A stretch of DNA of 64,000 nucleotides, from the NCBI GenBank assembly GCA_964016885.1, contig OZ024756.1:16120001-16184000 (forward strand). Reading direction: 5' to 3'. The notes under the pieces were generated by a model. It was not told the origin of the DNA, did no database searches, and saw nothing but the letters and a program-made list of their open reading frames with translations. Positions 1 to 15,446 of this stretch are shown here, piece by piece (the stretch's first letter is position 1; each line of letters starts with the position of its first letter). This stretch comes from Eledone cirrhosa. Its lineage: Eukaryota. The position numbers and the translations under genes are program-made.

Positions 1-520
1 ATCAGCACTACCACCTTACACAGTGGACTGAGTGCTTTTTCTTATGGCACCAGCACAACCACCTTACAGGGTGGACTGGGTGTATTTTAATGTGGCATCA
101 GCACTACCACCTTACACAGCGGACTGAGTGCTTTTTCTTATGGCACCAGCACAACCACCTTACAGGGTGGACTGGGTGTATTTTAATGTGGCATCAGCAC
201 TACCACCTTACACAGTGGACTGAGTGCTTTTTCTTATGGCACCAGCACAACCACCTTACAGGGTGGACTGGGTGTATTTTAATGTGGCATCAGCACTACC
301 ACCTTACACAGTGGACTGGGTGCTTTTTCTTATGGCACCAGCACAACCACCTTACAGGGTGGACTGGGTGTATTTTAATGTGGCATCAGCACTACCACCT
401 TACACAGTGGACTGGGTGTATTTTAATGTTGCATCCACACTACCACCTTACAGGGTGGACTGGGTGTTTTTTTGTCATGGCACCAGTACTACCACCTTAC
501 AGAGTGAACTGGGTGTTTTT
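1..520. repeat. 42-bp minisatellite with alternating variants (84-bp higher-order unit), derived from a retroposon body
   Basis: Repeats of cagcac(t/a)accaccttaca(c/g)...gtggactg(g/a)gtg. The core resembles the ttacagtgtggactgggtgcttttt segment of the RTE/SINE family at 23440-24020. Confidence 0.9.
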
Positions 521-1240
521 TGAAATCAACTCCAGTGTGTTATTGGTAGTTTATTTTATTGATCCCATAAGAAGGAAAGGCAAAGCTCACCTCGCTGGGA
601 TTTGAACTCAGAATGTAAAGGGATGGAACTATATGCCTCAAAGCATGGTGTCTGAACTACGAATACTGCCAATTCACTGTTCTTGGTATAATAATAATGG
701 TTTCTGATTGAGGCACAAGGCCAGCAATTTTGAGGGAAGGGAAAGACGATTAAATCGACCTCAGTGCATTACTGGTACTTTATTTTTATTTTATCGACCC
801 CCCGTAAGGACGAAAGGCAAAGTCAACCTCAGCGGAATTTGAACTCACAACATAAAAGACCGTAATAATAATTTGTTTTTACATTTGGCACAAGGCCAGC
901 AATTATCCAGTACATTACTGGTACTTTATCTTATCGACCCCGTAAAGATGAAAGGCAAAGTTTCACCTCGACGGGATTTGAACTCAGACTGTAAAGGGAC
1001 GTAACTATGCTGGAAAGCATGGCGTCTGACCCTCTACCGATACTGCCAATTCACTGTAATAATAATTGTTTCTACTTTAGGCACAAGGCCAGCAATTATC
1101 CAGTGCATTACTGGTACTTTATTTTATCGACCCCGTAAGGATGAAAGGCAAAGTCAACCTCAGCGGGATTTGAACTCAGACCGTAAAGGGACGTAACTAT
1201 GCTGGAAAGCATGGCGTCTGACCCTCTACCGATACACCAT
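520..1240 (-). mobile_element. Four head-to-tail copies of a tRNA-derived SINE (family M)
   Basis: Repeated ggcacaaggccagcaatt...actggtactttattttatcgaccccgtaaggatgaaaggcaaagtcaacctc...atttgaactcag. This is the reverse complement of the full copy at 34262-34485. Confidence 0.85.
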
Positions 1241-1271
1241 AATAATAATGATAATAAAAGTAGTAACTTAC

Positions 1272-1526
1272 CTGTGATAAAGACACCTTTGAGGGCTTCC
1301 AGTAAGGAGCCATTAATATAATCTCGCCAGAATGCATCCAAATAAGTGAGTTCAGAGAATTTGATATCACATATGATAGAGCCAAGGTCCCGAGACTTAA
1401 GGATTGTGTTGGCCTGGGCAAACTTTTCAAACTGCCTCTCAAGTAACTCAGGTTTATTTGAGAAAACATTACCCTCTAGAACATTTTCATGATGGCAATA
1501 CTCAGCTCGTACCCTCAACCGAATAT
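1272..1526 (-). CDS. DEDD: DEDD coding exon 3 (conserved C-terminal domain)
   Basis: Acceptor tttcag|AT ATT CGG and donor ACA G|GTAAGT, 255 bp. DIRLRVRAEYCHHENVLEGNVFSNKPELLERQFEKFAQANTILKSRDLGSIICDIKFSELTYLDAFWRDYINGSLLEALKGVFIT is nearly identical to the vertebrate DEDD C-terminus. The final exon is not in the window. Confidence 0.95.
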
Positions 1527-2494
1527 CTGAAATAGAAGGGTTAATTAAGATGAAGTTTATTTTACTCTGATACAACTGAAATAAAATAAAAGAAAAGAAA
1601 AAGGTGGGAGTGGGAGGGGTAAAGGTCTTTAACTCCCAACAGAGTTGTACGGATGCTGTCCTGATACACTTTTACATCTGGAGGATCCCATCTCTCTCCA
1701 GGTTGGTACACAGCTGATTTCTTAGATAGTAGATAGATAGATATATTTCTTTTAGGTAGAGAGAGAGAGAGAGAAATATATATAATTGGATTGCTATTTT
1801 ATCGACCTTGAAAGATGAAATCCAAAGTTGACCCCAACAAGATTTGAATTCAGAACACAGTGAATTGGAACAAATACTGAGGTATTTTTTAATCTGTCAC
1901 CTGAAGGATTTTGCAAATTTGCTGCCTTACAACTGAAGTCCAATGAACAAATTATGAAGATAGCTAGGGTGTTGGACTTATGATCCTGAAGACATGTGGC
2001 CTAATAGGGTGTTGGACTTACAATCTTAAGGACATGGGTTTGATTCCTATATCAAGCAACACATTGTGTCCTTGAGCAAGATGTTTCATTTTACATTGTT
2101 TTTCATGACAGGATGTGGTAAAATACACGAGAAACCACTTATGAGATGCAAACTTGGCCAGCTAAAATAAGTTAGGTGTGAGCTGTAAATTTCATTTCAT
2201 TTTATCATCATCACTATCTTGCATCCACGTTTCCATGCTTTGGAGGGTTGGACGGGTCATCAGAGTCCAAGACTAGACGGTTATTTCATCGTGATTCAAG
2301 CTCTACCACTTTACAGAGTGTACTGGGTGCATTTTGGAATTCTTAGACCATCACTGAATACAAGAGGCACCTGAAGAAGGCTGTCCATCCATTGACCAGC
2401 ACTACACAACACCACTGTCTTTCCACTGACCATCAACACCACTGTCTACAAATGTTCCTTCTCAACAACTAAAAGGAGACAAAAGACAACTTAC

Positions 2495-2743
2495 CGCAAG
2501 TTACTTTCTTCTTAATGTCATCTGAATCCTGTGATTTGTCCATGTTGCCATCTTGGGATACCCGAGATTTGGATTTACGGTTGCTGTGACCAGCACGAGA
2601 TTTCCTTTGTCTTTTGGCTGCTGTCCCAGTTACTGAGGAGGAGGCTGAGTCATTTGTGGTAGCAGACAGGGAGGAGTCGAGGGCTCTCTTCTGGCCCTTA
2701 CGAGAGGTTTCCTCAAGGTATTCATCTACAGGATCAGGTGTAA
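2495..2743 (-). CDS. DEDD: DEDD coding exon 2 (basic, NLS-like linker)
   Basis: Poly-T acceptor tttcag|TT ACA CCT and donor TGC G|GTAAGT. 249 bp, phase 1-1, no stops. Reads (V)TPDPVDEYLEETSRKGQKR...AAKRQRKSR...KKKVTC(D), compare human CPDLVDKYLEETS...KQTCD. Confidence 0.9.
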
Positions 2744-3454
2744 CTGAAAAAAAAAAAAACCCCTTACAATTAGAAATATCAACAAAAAATAATCAAGTCG
2801 CTTAACCCTTTCATTACCATATTTCTAATGAAAGACACTGCTTATGTCATTAACTCCTTCATTACCATATTTCTAATAAAAAACAGTCTATGATTTTCAA
2901 ATCAAAGATAATGAAGAATTTGAAGAGATTTTTTCTCAATATTAAGTTGGTATTTGGAACAAAGGTTCTTACATAACATTATGATAGAAGGTTCTTTGAT
3001 AAATACAAACATTTTAACCATTTCACCATCATATTTCTAATGAAAGACACTGCCTGTAATTTTAAAATAATTTTGAAAATAATCAAGAATTTGGAGGGAT
3101 TATTAAGCTGGTGTTTGGAACATAACAAAGGTTCTTATATAAAATTAAGATGGAAGGTTCTTAGATAAGTATAAATAGCTTTGCATCATAGAATGAGGGG
3201 GATTTTCAGACAGTTTGATATCAAAAGGAAGTAGATGCTGCCAAAACATAATAGTCAGAGTAAAGATGGGGAGTAAAAAGCTATTATATCTGATGTCAAA
3301 TAAAATAGACTTCTCATGCTGAGTGGTATAAACTGTATGATGTTTGTATACAAAGTATGATACTGCATGGCAGCAAGACATGGGTGATGTGATAAATGTG
3401 GAGCAAGTGTGAAGCTGAGGTGAGTATATTCCACATATTTGTAACGTTGGTGGT

Positions 3455-4885
3455 GCATAACTAGCTTTCGTTGATCTGGAGAAGGCCTTTGACAGAGTAC
3501 CATGATCTGTCATCTGGTGATCCTTAAGGAAACTAGGTGCAGAAGAATGACTTGTGAGATCAATGCAAACCATGGACAGAGCTGTCAGTAAAGTGAGAGT
3601 AAGAAAGGAGTTTAACCCTTTAGCATTTATATTATATACAATATTGTATTTTTCATGGTAAAGGCTTTATCTTACATAATTATCCTACATAATATTGAAT
3701 CTACAAGATTTTGATGTTATTTATTTTGAGAACAATACCTTAACATTAGTATGAGGGGCCAGTTACAACTGGATTGAACAGAAAGAGGTGAGGAAATTCT
3801 GGCCAGATATGGTTGGTTTAAATGCTAAAGGGTTAACGAGGAATTCAAGGTACAGTTAATTCATCAGGGTTTAGTCCTCAGTCCACCCCTGTTTATTATA
3901 GTTTTCCAGGCCATAACAGAGGAATTTAAGACTGGCTATCCATGGTAACTTCTGTTTGCTGATGATATAGTTCTTAAAGCTGAATCTGTAGAAGAGCTAG
4001 AGAAGAAATCCTGGCTATATAAACAGAACTTAGAATCAAAAGAGCTGAAAGTATACTTGACAAAAACCAAAGTTTTCGTAAGTAGGAAAGGAAACAGAAC
4101 TCTGATTACACCAGGTAGAAGCTCTATACTATGTAAATCTTGAGTACACATGAGATAGCAGTAAGACACAGTAAGATAGCAGGTAGAAAAACAGCAAAGG
4201 TACACATTCTATGTAATAGATGTACTGGGATAGTTGGTAGTAAGAGCATAAGTAAAATAAATCTTTTCCAATCCCAGGAAGGATCCATAGAAGTGGTTGA
4301 TAGCTTTTGCCACCTAGGTTACCTAATTAGCAATGGAGCCGGGTGCTCTGAGAACATAATAGCTACAATAAGAACAAGATGGAAAAAGTTCAGGGAGCTA
4401 CTAACTCTGTTGATAACAAAAGGTTTCTCTCTATGAATGAAAGGCCGACTATATGATGCCTTTGTGCAATGTGGGATGTTGTATGGTAGTAAGACATGAA
4501 CAGTGAATATAGAGAATATGTGAAAGCCAGAAAGAAATGAAGTCAGCATGTTTCAATGCATGTGCAATCTTAATGTGCATAAATGACAAAGAATGGATGA
4601 ACTGAGAGAAAAACCAAGTAAAAGAGGAATCAGAAATAGTGTACAAGAGAGAAGACTGCGATGTTATGGACATGTGATGCACATGGATGATGATCGATGG
4701 GTGAAGTGAAGAAGTGCCAAGAAATACCAACGGAAGGAAGCCGCAGAAGAGGAAGACCAAGAAAGACCGGAGTGTGGAAGGTGAGAGCTGATCTGAAATC
4801 ATTGAAGCTCACAGAGAGGGAATGCTGTGCTGGAAAAGACACATCCAACCCATGGTAAGCTTGACAAAGTGGACATAAGATGGCA
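3455..4885 (+). mobile_element. Degenerate 5'-truncated RTE LINE (RT to 3' end)
   Basis: Colinear with 27395-28660: DLEKAFD, QG.VLSP.LF, FADD, RWKKFRELL, YGHVM. Many stops and frameshifts. Confidence 0.9.
3616..3832. mobile_element. piggyBac-type MITE (217 bp) inserted in the RTE fragment
   Basis: Perfect 14-bp TIR CCCTTTAGCATTTA / TAAATGCTAAAGGG flanked by TTAA at 3612-3615 and 3833-3836. Removing it restores ggagtttaacgaggaattc, compare ggagtttagtgaggaattc at about 27544. A partial sibling lies at 28725-28855. Confidence 0.9.
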
Positions 4886-4964
4886 ATGAGTTGAGCAGGT
4901 AAGCTAAAATGAGGGGTTGTTCGAATCGGGTTGGTATTAAAAGGGTTAATACAGTTAGGATCAA

Positions 4965-5190
4965 CGTCGTCATCATCATCTTCGTTTAACGTCCATCTTC
5001 CACGCTAGCATGGGTTAGACGGGAGTTGTCCCACTTGAGGCAAGGTAGGTCGGGTGACCGTGTCTCGCTCATATAGGACTATCTGGCAGGTTTTCTACGG
5101 CTGGATGCCCTTCCTAACACCAACCACATTTACAGTGTGGAACTGGGAACTTTTTACAGTTACCTACATTACAGCGTGGACTGTTTTTTT
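4965..5190 (-). mobile_element. RTE-tailed short retroposon (family B)
   Basis: (CAT)n tail, then gtttaacgtccatcttccacgctagcatgggttagacggg...ctggatgcccttcctaacaccaacc. Siblings at 34920, 41025, 41203, 41660 and 62430. Confidence 0.8.
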
Positions 5191-6236
5191 TATAGATCGG
5201 TCAATATAGCAACCAATGCATTTTTTACATATGTCATTCTATAAACAAGGATAAGTTCTACATGTAAAACGCAGCCCCCAACCCACATGGTTGGTAATAG
5301 GCCCAGGGTAGGTTAAATGTAGTCCCCTCATCCTCACAACACTGGTATATTCACCACCTTACCCCCCACAACCAGTAAGAGGTCATGACCAAATCTAAGC
5401 CCCATTTAAAACTGCTGTATTTTAGTAATTAGTGCTCTTTTCAGTCAGTGTATGTCTGTCTATTTCTCTTTTTATTTCTATTTTTCCCTCAGTCTTTAAT
5501 ACTGCCCTACCCTTCACAGCCTTTGTCGCAGCTATTTGTGATTTAACCCCGACCTGGCCATGTCTTTATCGATATTAGTTTTAGGGATTACTGCTGAACC
5601 TAGTAATAATTTAATTCATTCCTTCTTTTATACTACTGTTACTTGGTCCCTAATTTGTGTTACTTTCGAATGACTGAAATCATCAAAAGAATATATCATC
5701 ATCATTGTTTTTTACAGCAACTTCTCAATGCTGGCATGGGTTGGACAGGACCTATTGAGGCAATGTTTTACAGCTGGCTGCTCTTCTAAAGACCTACTAA
5801 CCTCCAAAAATCCAAACGGGGGAGAACCATGAAGAAAAAGTGCTCCAAAACGATAAGGAAATGACGCAAAATGGGGAGATCTTACATAATGAAAGCTATA
5901 CCCATTTTCACAAGAGAAGACATCTCTCATCCACCCCAAACTGGGTGGGAGATCTCCTCCTTGGATGGGGAGAGTCGACAGGTCTGCTCCTACATATCAA
6001 CTGATTTAATAGATTCATAAGACATGCAGGAATACAGTGTACCTAAACAGGATACACACACACATATATATATATAATTTGAAAGTGAACATTATATATA
6101 TACATATATATATATATATCAATTTATTAAAACAGATTAAAGTTAAAGCAATTAATAAATATTTGCTCTAGGGTTCTTATATATTTATCCTTATCGAGCC
6201 CTCTTTCGATTTTAGTCTTTACATTTATTATTATTA

Positions 6237-6351
<115 letters not shown>

Positions 6352-6555
6352 TGTGTGTGTATAATGTTAGAAAATTGTCTAAATTTCTATTGTGATAATA
6401 AAACCCACAGAATGGCGGCGGAATCAACGTGGAGTGTGTTTAAGGAGGAGGGGAGTGTAAATAAAAATAAGAAATAAACAATGAAATCAGGGGAAGATAA
6501 CAATGTAAATATTACTGGAGAGGCAATAATTGACTTCCGTAGTGGAAGAATGGGC

Positions 6556-6620
<65 letters not shown>

Positions 6621-6890
6621 TAAGTGGTTGATGGCTGAGATAAAAGAGTACTCAATACCGAAGTAGAGTTTTGTTACTCTGTAGTTTCGCGAAACTTCAG
6701 AGTAACAAGACTCATTATTTAGCCTTAATAAAATGAGTATACACACACATATAATATATACACACATTATATATATATATATAGAGAGAGAGAGAGATGT
6801 ATACATATCAGCTGAAACGGGTGTTGGAAGAGAGAAATTTGTACATAAATAACACGCCATTCGTACTTTTTAAATGACGGGAAATAGATT

Positions 6891-6941
<51 letters not shown>

Positions 6942-7059
6942 TGGTGGGCAAATATTAAAATTTGTGGTGGGACATCATACATTTGTTTACAAAAACAAAC
7001 CAAACACTATTCATTGTGATTACACATACGTGTGCACACAATATATATATACACATATA

Positions 7060-7092
<33 letters not shown>

Positions 7093-7618
7093 TTAAATAT
7101 ATATAAGATGTCCAAAAAAATATATACACACTCAGTGTATACGTTTTTTTTTTGGGGGGGGGGGGGATACGCATACACATTATATATATATATACACACA
7201 CACACACGTCTGGGTGAAGGGGGCAATGAAAATGGCCGAGATCGCAAAGAGCCGGGTATTAAAACGTTTTAATTCAATGTAGCAAGTTCAAATTTGGTAA
7301 AGGTTGTAAAGAGTGAAAGTCCCAACCCTTTTATCGATTTAGCCCAACTATATACAATAGCCGATCCCCTTCTTAATCATCACTAATAGGAAATTTTAAT
7401 ATATTACATCCGTACGTTATCAGATATATGCATGAATATGTCGTTAAGTAAATCTTTATAAATACACACACATATATAATATATATACATACAATATAAT
7501 CACACACACATATACATACAAAGGGAGAAGGTAGATAAAGTAATATAATCTGTGCTTATATATATATGTATATATACAGTATATTAATAAATGGAAACTA
7601 TATTTATAAAACCATATT

Positions 7619-7684
7619 TATTTTATTATACATATTTCAAGGGCAACCAAGGCAAATTATGGTGCGCTTTCATCAGATAAAATA
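7619..7684 (-). ncRNA. Type I hammerhead ribozyme motif (class 1), sense in DEDD intron 1
   Basis: Minus strand: UAUUUUAU-CUGAUGA-[AAG C GCA CCA..UGG U UGC C CUU]-GAA-AUAUGUAU-A/AUAAAAUA. Complete core, 8-bp stem I, UA cleavage site at 7627/7626. Confidence 0.7.
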
Positions 7685-8029
7685 CAGATGTTTTATAAAT
7701 AAATATGTATATATATATATCTCTCTATATATATTTATATCTCTCTCTCTATATATATATATATATACTCACATATATATTCTCTCTCTCTCTCTCTATA
7801 TATATATACACACACATTCTCCATATATATATACACACACGCAGATATATATACACACACATATATACACACACACACACACACACATATAAATATATAT
7901 ACACATACATATATAGTAATAAAAATAATTGTGAAGGCTAAAACCCAAAGGGGGCTCGATTCTTTGTTTAAACTATAATCTGTTATTTTAATAAATATAC
8001 GTATATACACATATATATATACATATACG

Positions 8030-8061
<32 letters not shown>

Positions 8062-8113
8062 GATATATACATACGTATATATATACATATATACATATAG
8101 TTTTGCGAGGTTT

Positions 8114-8161
<48 letters not shown>

Positions 8162-8169
8162 CATATAGT

Positions 8170-8612
8170 GGGCCCAGAAGTATCTCCCATCTTTTCTTTG
8201 TTGATGACCTGAAGTTGTATGGGCCAAATATCAATGACATCAAGTTGCTACACATTTTATCTCCAGCCTGTATAGGTTGGCCACTGGTGTAGGAGGGAGT
8301 TTGTTGCTGCTGCCCTTAGGTTTCCCTCGTGTCTTGCTGTGGGCTCATCCGGGATCCTGGATAACAAAGTGTCGAGATGTTTCTTAAAGACATCCACCTC
8401 CACGTCATGCAAGTCTCTCAGATGCCTCGGCAGCCTGTTGAAGAGTTGAGGGCCCTTGAATCCCAGGCTATTGCAATACCTGCTCCTTATTCTAGATGTG
8501 GAAAACGGGACCTTTGGCACCACACAGTGACGTCCTGTTCGACGGTTGGTCCAGCTCCCAATGCTAAAGTTTGGTGCTAGTCCCTCCAAGATTTTCCACA
8601 TGTAGATCGCTG
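8170..8612 (-). mobile_element. CR1-group LINE 3' fragment (family 1)
   Basis: [12 protein letters not shown]...[21 protein letters not shown]...[19 protein letters not shown], a typical CR1/L2-group ORF2 C-terminus. Second copy at 44230-44635. Confidence 0.8.
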
Positions 8613-8613
8613 C

Positions 8614-8891
8614 ATATATATATATATATATATACATATATATACATATATACATATATGTATATATATATATATATATATATACATACACATATATACA
8701 TATATATATATATACATACATACACATATATACATACATACATATATATACATACATACATATATATATATACATACATACATATATATATACATACATA
8801 CATATATATACATACATACATATATATATACATACATACATATATATATATATACATACATATATATATATATACATACATATATATATAT

Positions 8892-8922
<31 letters not shown>

Positions 8923-8950
8923 CATACATACATACACATACATACATATA

Positions 8951-8987
<37 letters not shown>

Positions 8988-9021
8988 TCATACATATATA
9001 TACATACATATATATTCATAC

Positions 9022-9060
<39 letters not shown>

Positions 9061-9488
9061 CATACATACATATACACATATATATATACATATATACATA
9101 TATACATATATACATACATATATATATATATACGTACATATATATATACATACATATATATATATATATATACATACATATATATACATATATATATATA
9201 TATATACATACATATATATATATATATACATACATACATATATATATATATACATACATATATATATATATACATACATATATATGTATATACATACATA
9301 TATATATATATACATACATACATATATATATATATACATACATATATATATATATACATACATATATATGTATATACATACATATATATATATATACATA
9401 CATATATATATATATATACATACATATATATATATATATACATACATATATATATACATACATATATATATATACATATATATACATA

Positions 9489-9520
<32 letters not shown>

Positions 9521-9546
9521 GATATATATACATATATATACATATA

Positions 9547-9578
<32 letters not shown>

Positions 9579-9671
9579 GATATATATACATATACATACA
9601 TAGATATATATACATATATATATATACATATACATACATAGATATATATACATATATATATATATACATAC

Positions 9672-9702
<31 letters not shown>

Positions 9703-9707
9703 CATAC

Positions 9708-9738
<31 letters not shown>

Positions 9739-9842
9739 CATACATATATATATATATATACATACATAGATATATATACATATATATATATATACATACA
9801 TATATATATATACATATATATATATATACATACATATATATA

Positions 9843-9883
<41 letters not shown>

Positions 9884-9934
9884 ATATATATACATACATA
9901 TACATACATATATATATATATACATACATATATA

Positions 9935-10011
<77 letters not shown>

Positions 10012-10580
10012 ATATACATACATATACATACATATATATATATATACATACATACATATATATATATATACATACATATACATACATATATATATATATA
10101 CATACATATATATATATATATACATACATATATATATATATATACATACATATACATACATATATATATATATACATACATATATATATATATATATACA
10201 TACATATACATACATATATATACATACATATACATACATATATATACATATATATACATACATACATATACATACATATATATACATATATATACATACA
10301 TACATATATATACATATATATATATACATACATACATATATATATATACATACATACATATACATACATATATATATACATACATATATAAATATATATA
10401 TATACATATATATATACATATATATATATACATACATATATATATATATACATACATACATAAATATATATATATACATATATACATATACATACATATA
10501 TACATATATAAATATATATATATACATATATACATATACATACATATATATATACATATATAAATATATATATATACATA
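8614..10580. repeat. (TA)n/(TACA)n compound microsatellite array
   Basis: Direct reading; source of the Y/I/M/C/H pseudo-ORFs. Confidence 0.98.
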
Positions 10581-11443
10581 TGGTGGCTGCCAACTCGTTT
10601 TCGAGTACGGCCACTACTTTATATCCATGTAGGAGAACCCCTACATACATACATATATATATATATATATACATATATAAATATATATATACACACACAC
10701 ATATATATATATATATCTATATATATGGTGGCTGCCAACTCGTTTTCGAGTACGGCCACTACTTTATATCCATGTAGGAGAACCCCTACCGATGCGCTGA
10801 ACAAGTGTGACTTTTTAGTCCAGCCAGCGACTTGAAAACTCTGGTACAAACACTACATTTGTGACAATTATTGACACATAGTGCTGGGCCCATGGTACCA
10901 TTTGACGACAAGTGCAGAGAGATCTCCAGATATAAAGCAATGCCTGTGCCGTGAAGCTTTTATTGTGAGCAAAGGCACTGCACAAAACCAGTCCCACTCT
11001 CTTAACCAAGATGATATTTACCAAAAAGAAGAACAAGTCAACATCATTGGATACCATCAGGGTTGCAGGTGTTATATCAGAGTTTTCCTTCTCCTAGAAT
11101 TCTGCCTTGACAAAGGCTAAGGGGTCATCTCTCCCGGTGATTTTGGATGGCCATTGACTCTTAAGAGCTCCTTTGCCCTTTGACAGGTTTTGTTTTTAGT
11201 CCTGCAGGATGTCCAAAGTCACCCTCCTCACCAAGAAACCTTGGTGGGGTTGCCAGTTTAGTCGCCAACGACCCGACCATGGGACAGGTTGTACTGGGAT
11301 ACATGTTACCAGTAGCACCAACTGGTGACCTGACATAATATATACATATATACATATACATACATATATACATATATACATATACATACATATATATATA
11401 CATATATAAATATATATATACATATATAAATATATATATATAC

Positions 11444-11478
<35 letters not shown>

Positions 11479-11945
11479 CATATATAAATATATATATACA
11501 CACACACATATATATATATATATCTATATATATGGTGGCTGCCAACTCGTTTTCGAGTACGGCCACTACTTTATATCCATGTAGGAGAACCCCTACCGAT
11601 GCGCTGAACAAGTGTGACTTTTTAGTCCAGCCAGCGACTTGAAAACTCTGGTACAAACACTACATTTGTGACAATTATTGACACATAGTGCTGGGCCCAT
11701 GGTACCATTTGACGACAAGTGCAGAGAGATCTCCAGATATAAAGCAATGCCTGTGCCGTGAAGCTTTTATTGTGAGCAAAGGCACTGCACAAAACCAGTC
11801 CCACTCTCTTAATCAAGATATTTACCAAAAAGAAGAACAAGTCAACATCATTGGATACCATCAGGGTTGCAGGTGTTATATCAGAGTTTTCCTTCTCCTA
11901 GAATTCTGCCTTGACAAACGCTAAGGGGTCATCTCTCCCAGTGAT
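10581..11945 (-). mobile_element. Non-coding RTE-5'UTR-like element with a local tandem duplication
   Basis: tggtggctgccaactcg starts at 10581, 10726 and 11533. 10726-11140 is nearly identical to 11533-11945. The minus strand carries the RTE-type motif tagcctttgtcaaggcagaattctaggagaaggaaaactctga. Confidence 0.6.
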
Positions 11946-12092
11946 TTATATATATATACATACATCCATACATACAGATATATATATATATACATACATA
12001 TATGTATAGATATAGATACATATATATATATATATTTAGATAGATACATATATATATATATTTACATACATATATATTATATATATATTTAC

Positions 12093-12149
<57 letters not shown>

Positions 12150-12231
12150 TTACATAAATATATAGTAGATTTATGTAAATATATATATAGATATATATTT
12201 ATGTAATATATATATATATATATATTATATA

Positions 12232-12293
<62 letters not shown>

Positions 12294-12363
12294 CATATTA
12301 ATATTTATATAGTATATAGTATTTACATAAATATATATATATTTATGTAAATATATATATATT

Positions 12364-12397
<34 letters not shown>

Positions 12398-12608
12398 ATT
12401 TACATAAATATATATATATATTTACATACATATACTTAAATATATATATAAATACATATATGTATATATATACAGATACATATATATATACATACATATA
12501 TATATATATATTTACATACATATACTTAAATATATATATACATACATATATATATACATATACAGATACATATATATATACATACATATATATACATATA
12601 CAGATACA

Positions 12609-12646
<38 letters not shown>

Positions 12647-13271
12647 CATACACATATATATATACATACACATATATATATATATACATACACATATATA
12701 TACATACACATATATACATATATATATAGACATATATATATACATACATATATATATACATACATATATACATACATACATACATATATATATATACATA
12801 CATACATATATATATATATACATACACATATATATACATATATATACACATACACATATATATACATATATACATACATGCACATATATATACATACACA
12901 CATATATATATACATATATACATACACACATATATATATACATATATATATACATATATACATATATACATATATATACATATATATATACATATATACA
13001 TATATATACATATATATATACATATACATATACATACATATATATATACATATACATATACATATATATATACATATAAAAATATATATACATATATATA
13101 TACATATATATATACATATACATATATATATACATATATATATACATATACACATATATATATACATATATATATATATATACATATATATATACATATA
13201 CACATATATATATACATATATATATATATACATATATATATACATATACATATATATATATACATATATAC

Positions 13272-13302
<31 letters not shown>

Positions 13303-13528
13303 CATACACATATATATATATATATACATACACACATATATATATACATATACATATATACATATATATATATACATATACATATATACATATATATATA
13401 TACATATATATATACATACACACATATATATATACATATATATATACATATACATATACACATATATATATACATATACATATATACATATATATATACA
13501 TATACACATATATATATACATATACATA

Positions 13529-13560
<32 letters not shown>

Positions 13561-13876
13561 CATATACATATATATATATACATATACATATATATATACA
13601 TATACATATATATATATATATATATATACATATATATATACATATACATATATATATATACATATACATATATATACATATATATATATATACATATATA
13701 TATACATATATATATAAATATATATATATATACATACATATACATATATAGACATATATATATATATATATACATATATACACATATATATATACATACA
13801 TATATATATCATACATATATATATATATATATACATACATATATATATATATTCGTACATATATATACATATATAC

Positions 13877-13917
<41 letters not shown>

Positions 13918-13956
13918 TATACATATATATATACATATATATACATATATATATAC

Positions 13957-14003
<47 letters not shown>

Positions 14004-14016
14004 CATATATATATAC

Positions 14017-14047
<31 letters not shown>

Positions 14048-14060
14048 CATATATATATAC

Positions 14061-14091
<31 letters not shown>

Positions 14092-14148
14092 CATATATAT
14101 ATATATACATATATATATACATATACATATATATATATATACATATAC

Positions 14149-14213
<65 letters not shown>

Positions 14214-14216
14214 TAC

Positions 14217-14247
<31 letters not shown>

Positions 14248-14284
14248 CATATATATATATACATATATATATATATACATATAC

Positions 14285-14319
<35 letters not shown>

Positions 14320-14356
14320 CATATATATATACATATATATATACATATATATATAC

Positions 14357-14387
<31 letters not shown>

Positions 14388-15061
14388 CATATATATACAT
14401 ATATATATATATACATATATATACATATACATACATATACATATACATACATATACATATATATACATATACATACATATATATATATATACATATACAT
14501 ACATATACATATACATACATATACATATATATACATATACATACATATATATACATATACATACATATATATATATATATACATATACATACATATACAT
14601 ATACATACATATACATATATATACATATAACATACATATATATATATATATACATATAGATACATATACATATAGATACATATACATACATATATATATA
14701 TATATACATATATATATAGATACATATACATACATATATATATATATATACATACATATATATATATACATATACATATATATATATATACATATATAAA
14801 TATATATATATATATAACATATATATATATATAACATATATATATATATATATAACATATATATATATAACATATATATATATATAACATATATATATAT
14901 ATAACATATATATATATATAACATATGTATATATATAACATATATATATATACATATATATATATATACACATATATATATACATATATACACATATATA
15001 TATATATACACACATATAAATATATATATACACACACATATATATATATATATATACACAC

Positions 15062-15092
<31 letters not shown>

Positions 15093-15411
15093 TATACACA
15101 TATATATATATACATATCCACATATATATATACACATATATATATATACATATCCACATATATATATATACACATATATATATATATACACATATATATA
15201 TATATACACACATATATATATATATACACATATATATATATATATATACACACATATATATATATATACATATATACACATATATATATATACATATATA
15301 CACATATATATATATACATATATACACATATATATATATATACATATATACACATATATATATATATACATATATACACATACACATATATACACATATA
15401 TATATATACAC

Positions 15412-15446
<35 letters not shown>

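Larger units (their letters stand above)
2806..4945. mobile_element. Putative piggyBac-type MITE hosting nested insertions
   Basis: TTAA|CCCTTTCATTACCA ... TGGTATTAAAAGGG|TTAA: a 14-bp imperfect TIR with 2 mismatches. Related internal sequence recurs on the opposite strand at about 33530-33680. Confidence 0.45.

Noticed and set aside
1-1271. Final DEDD exon (DSLKQAVG...VNVDEEDY-like)
   Set aside because: Not found; the region is SINE and minisatellite, so the exon lies outside the window.
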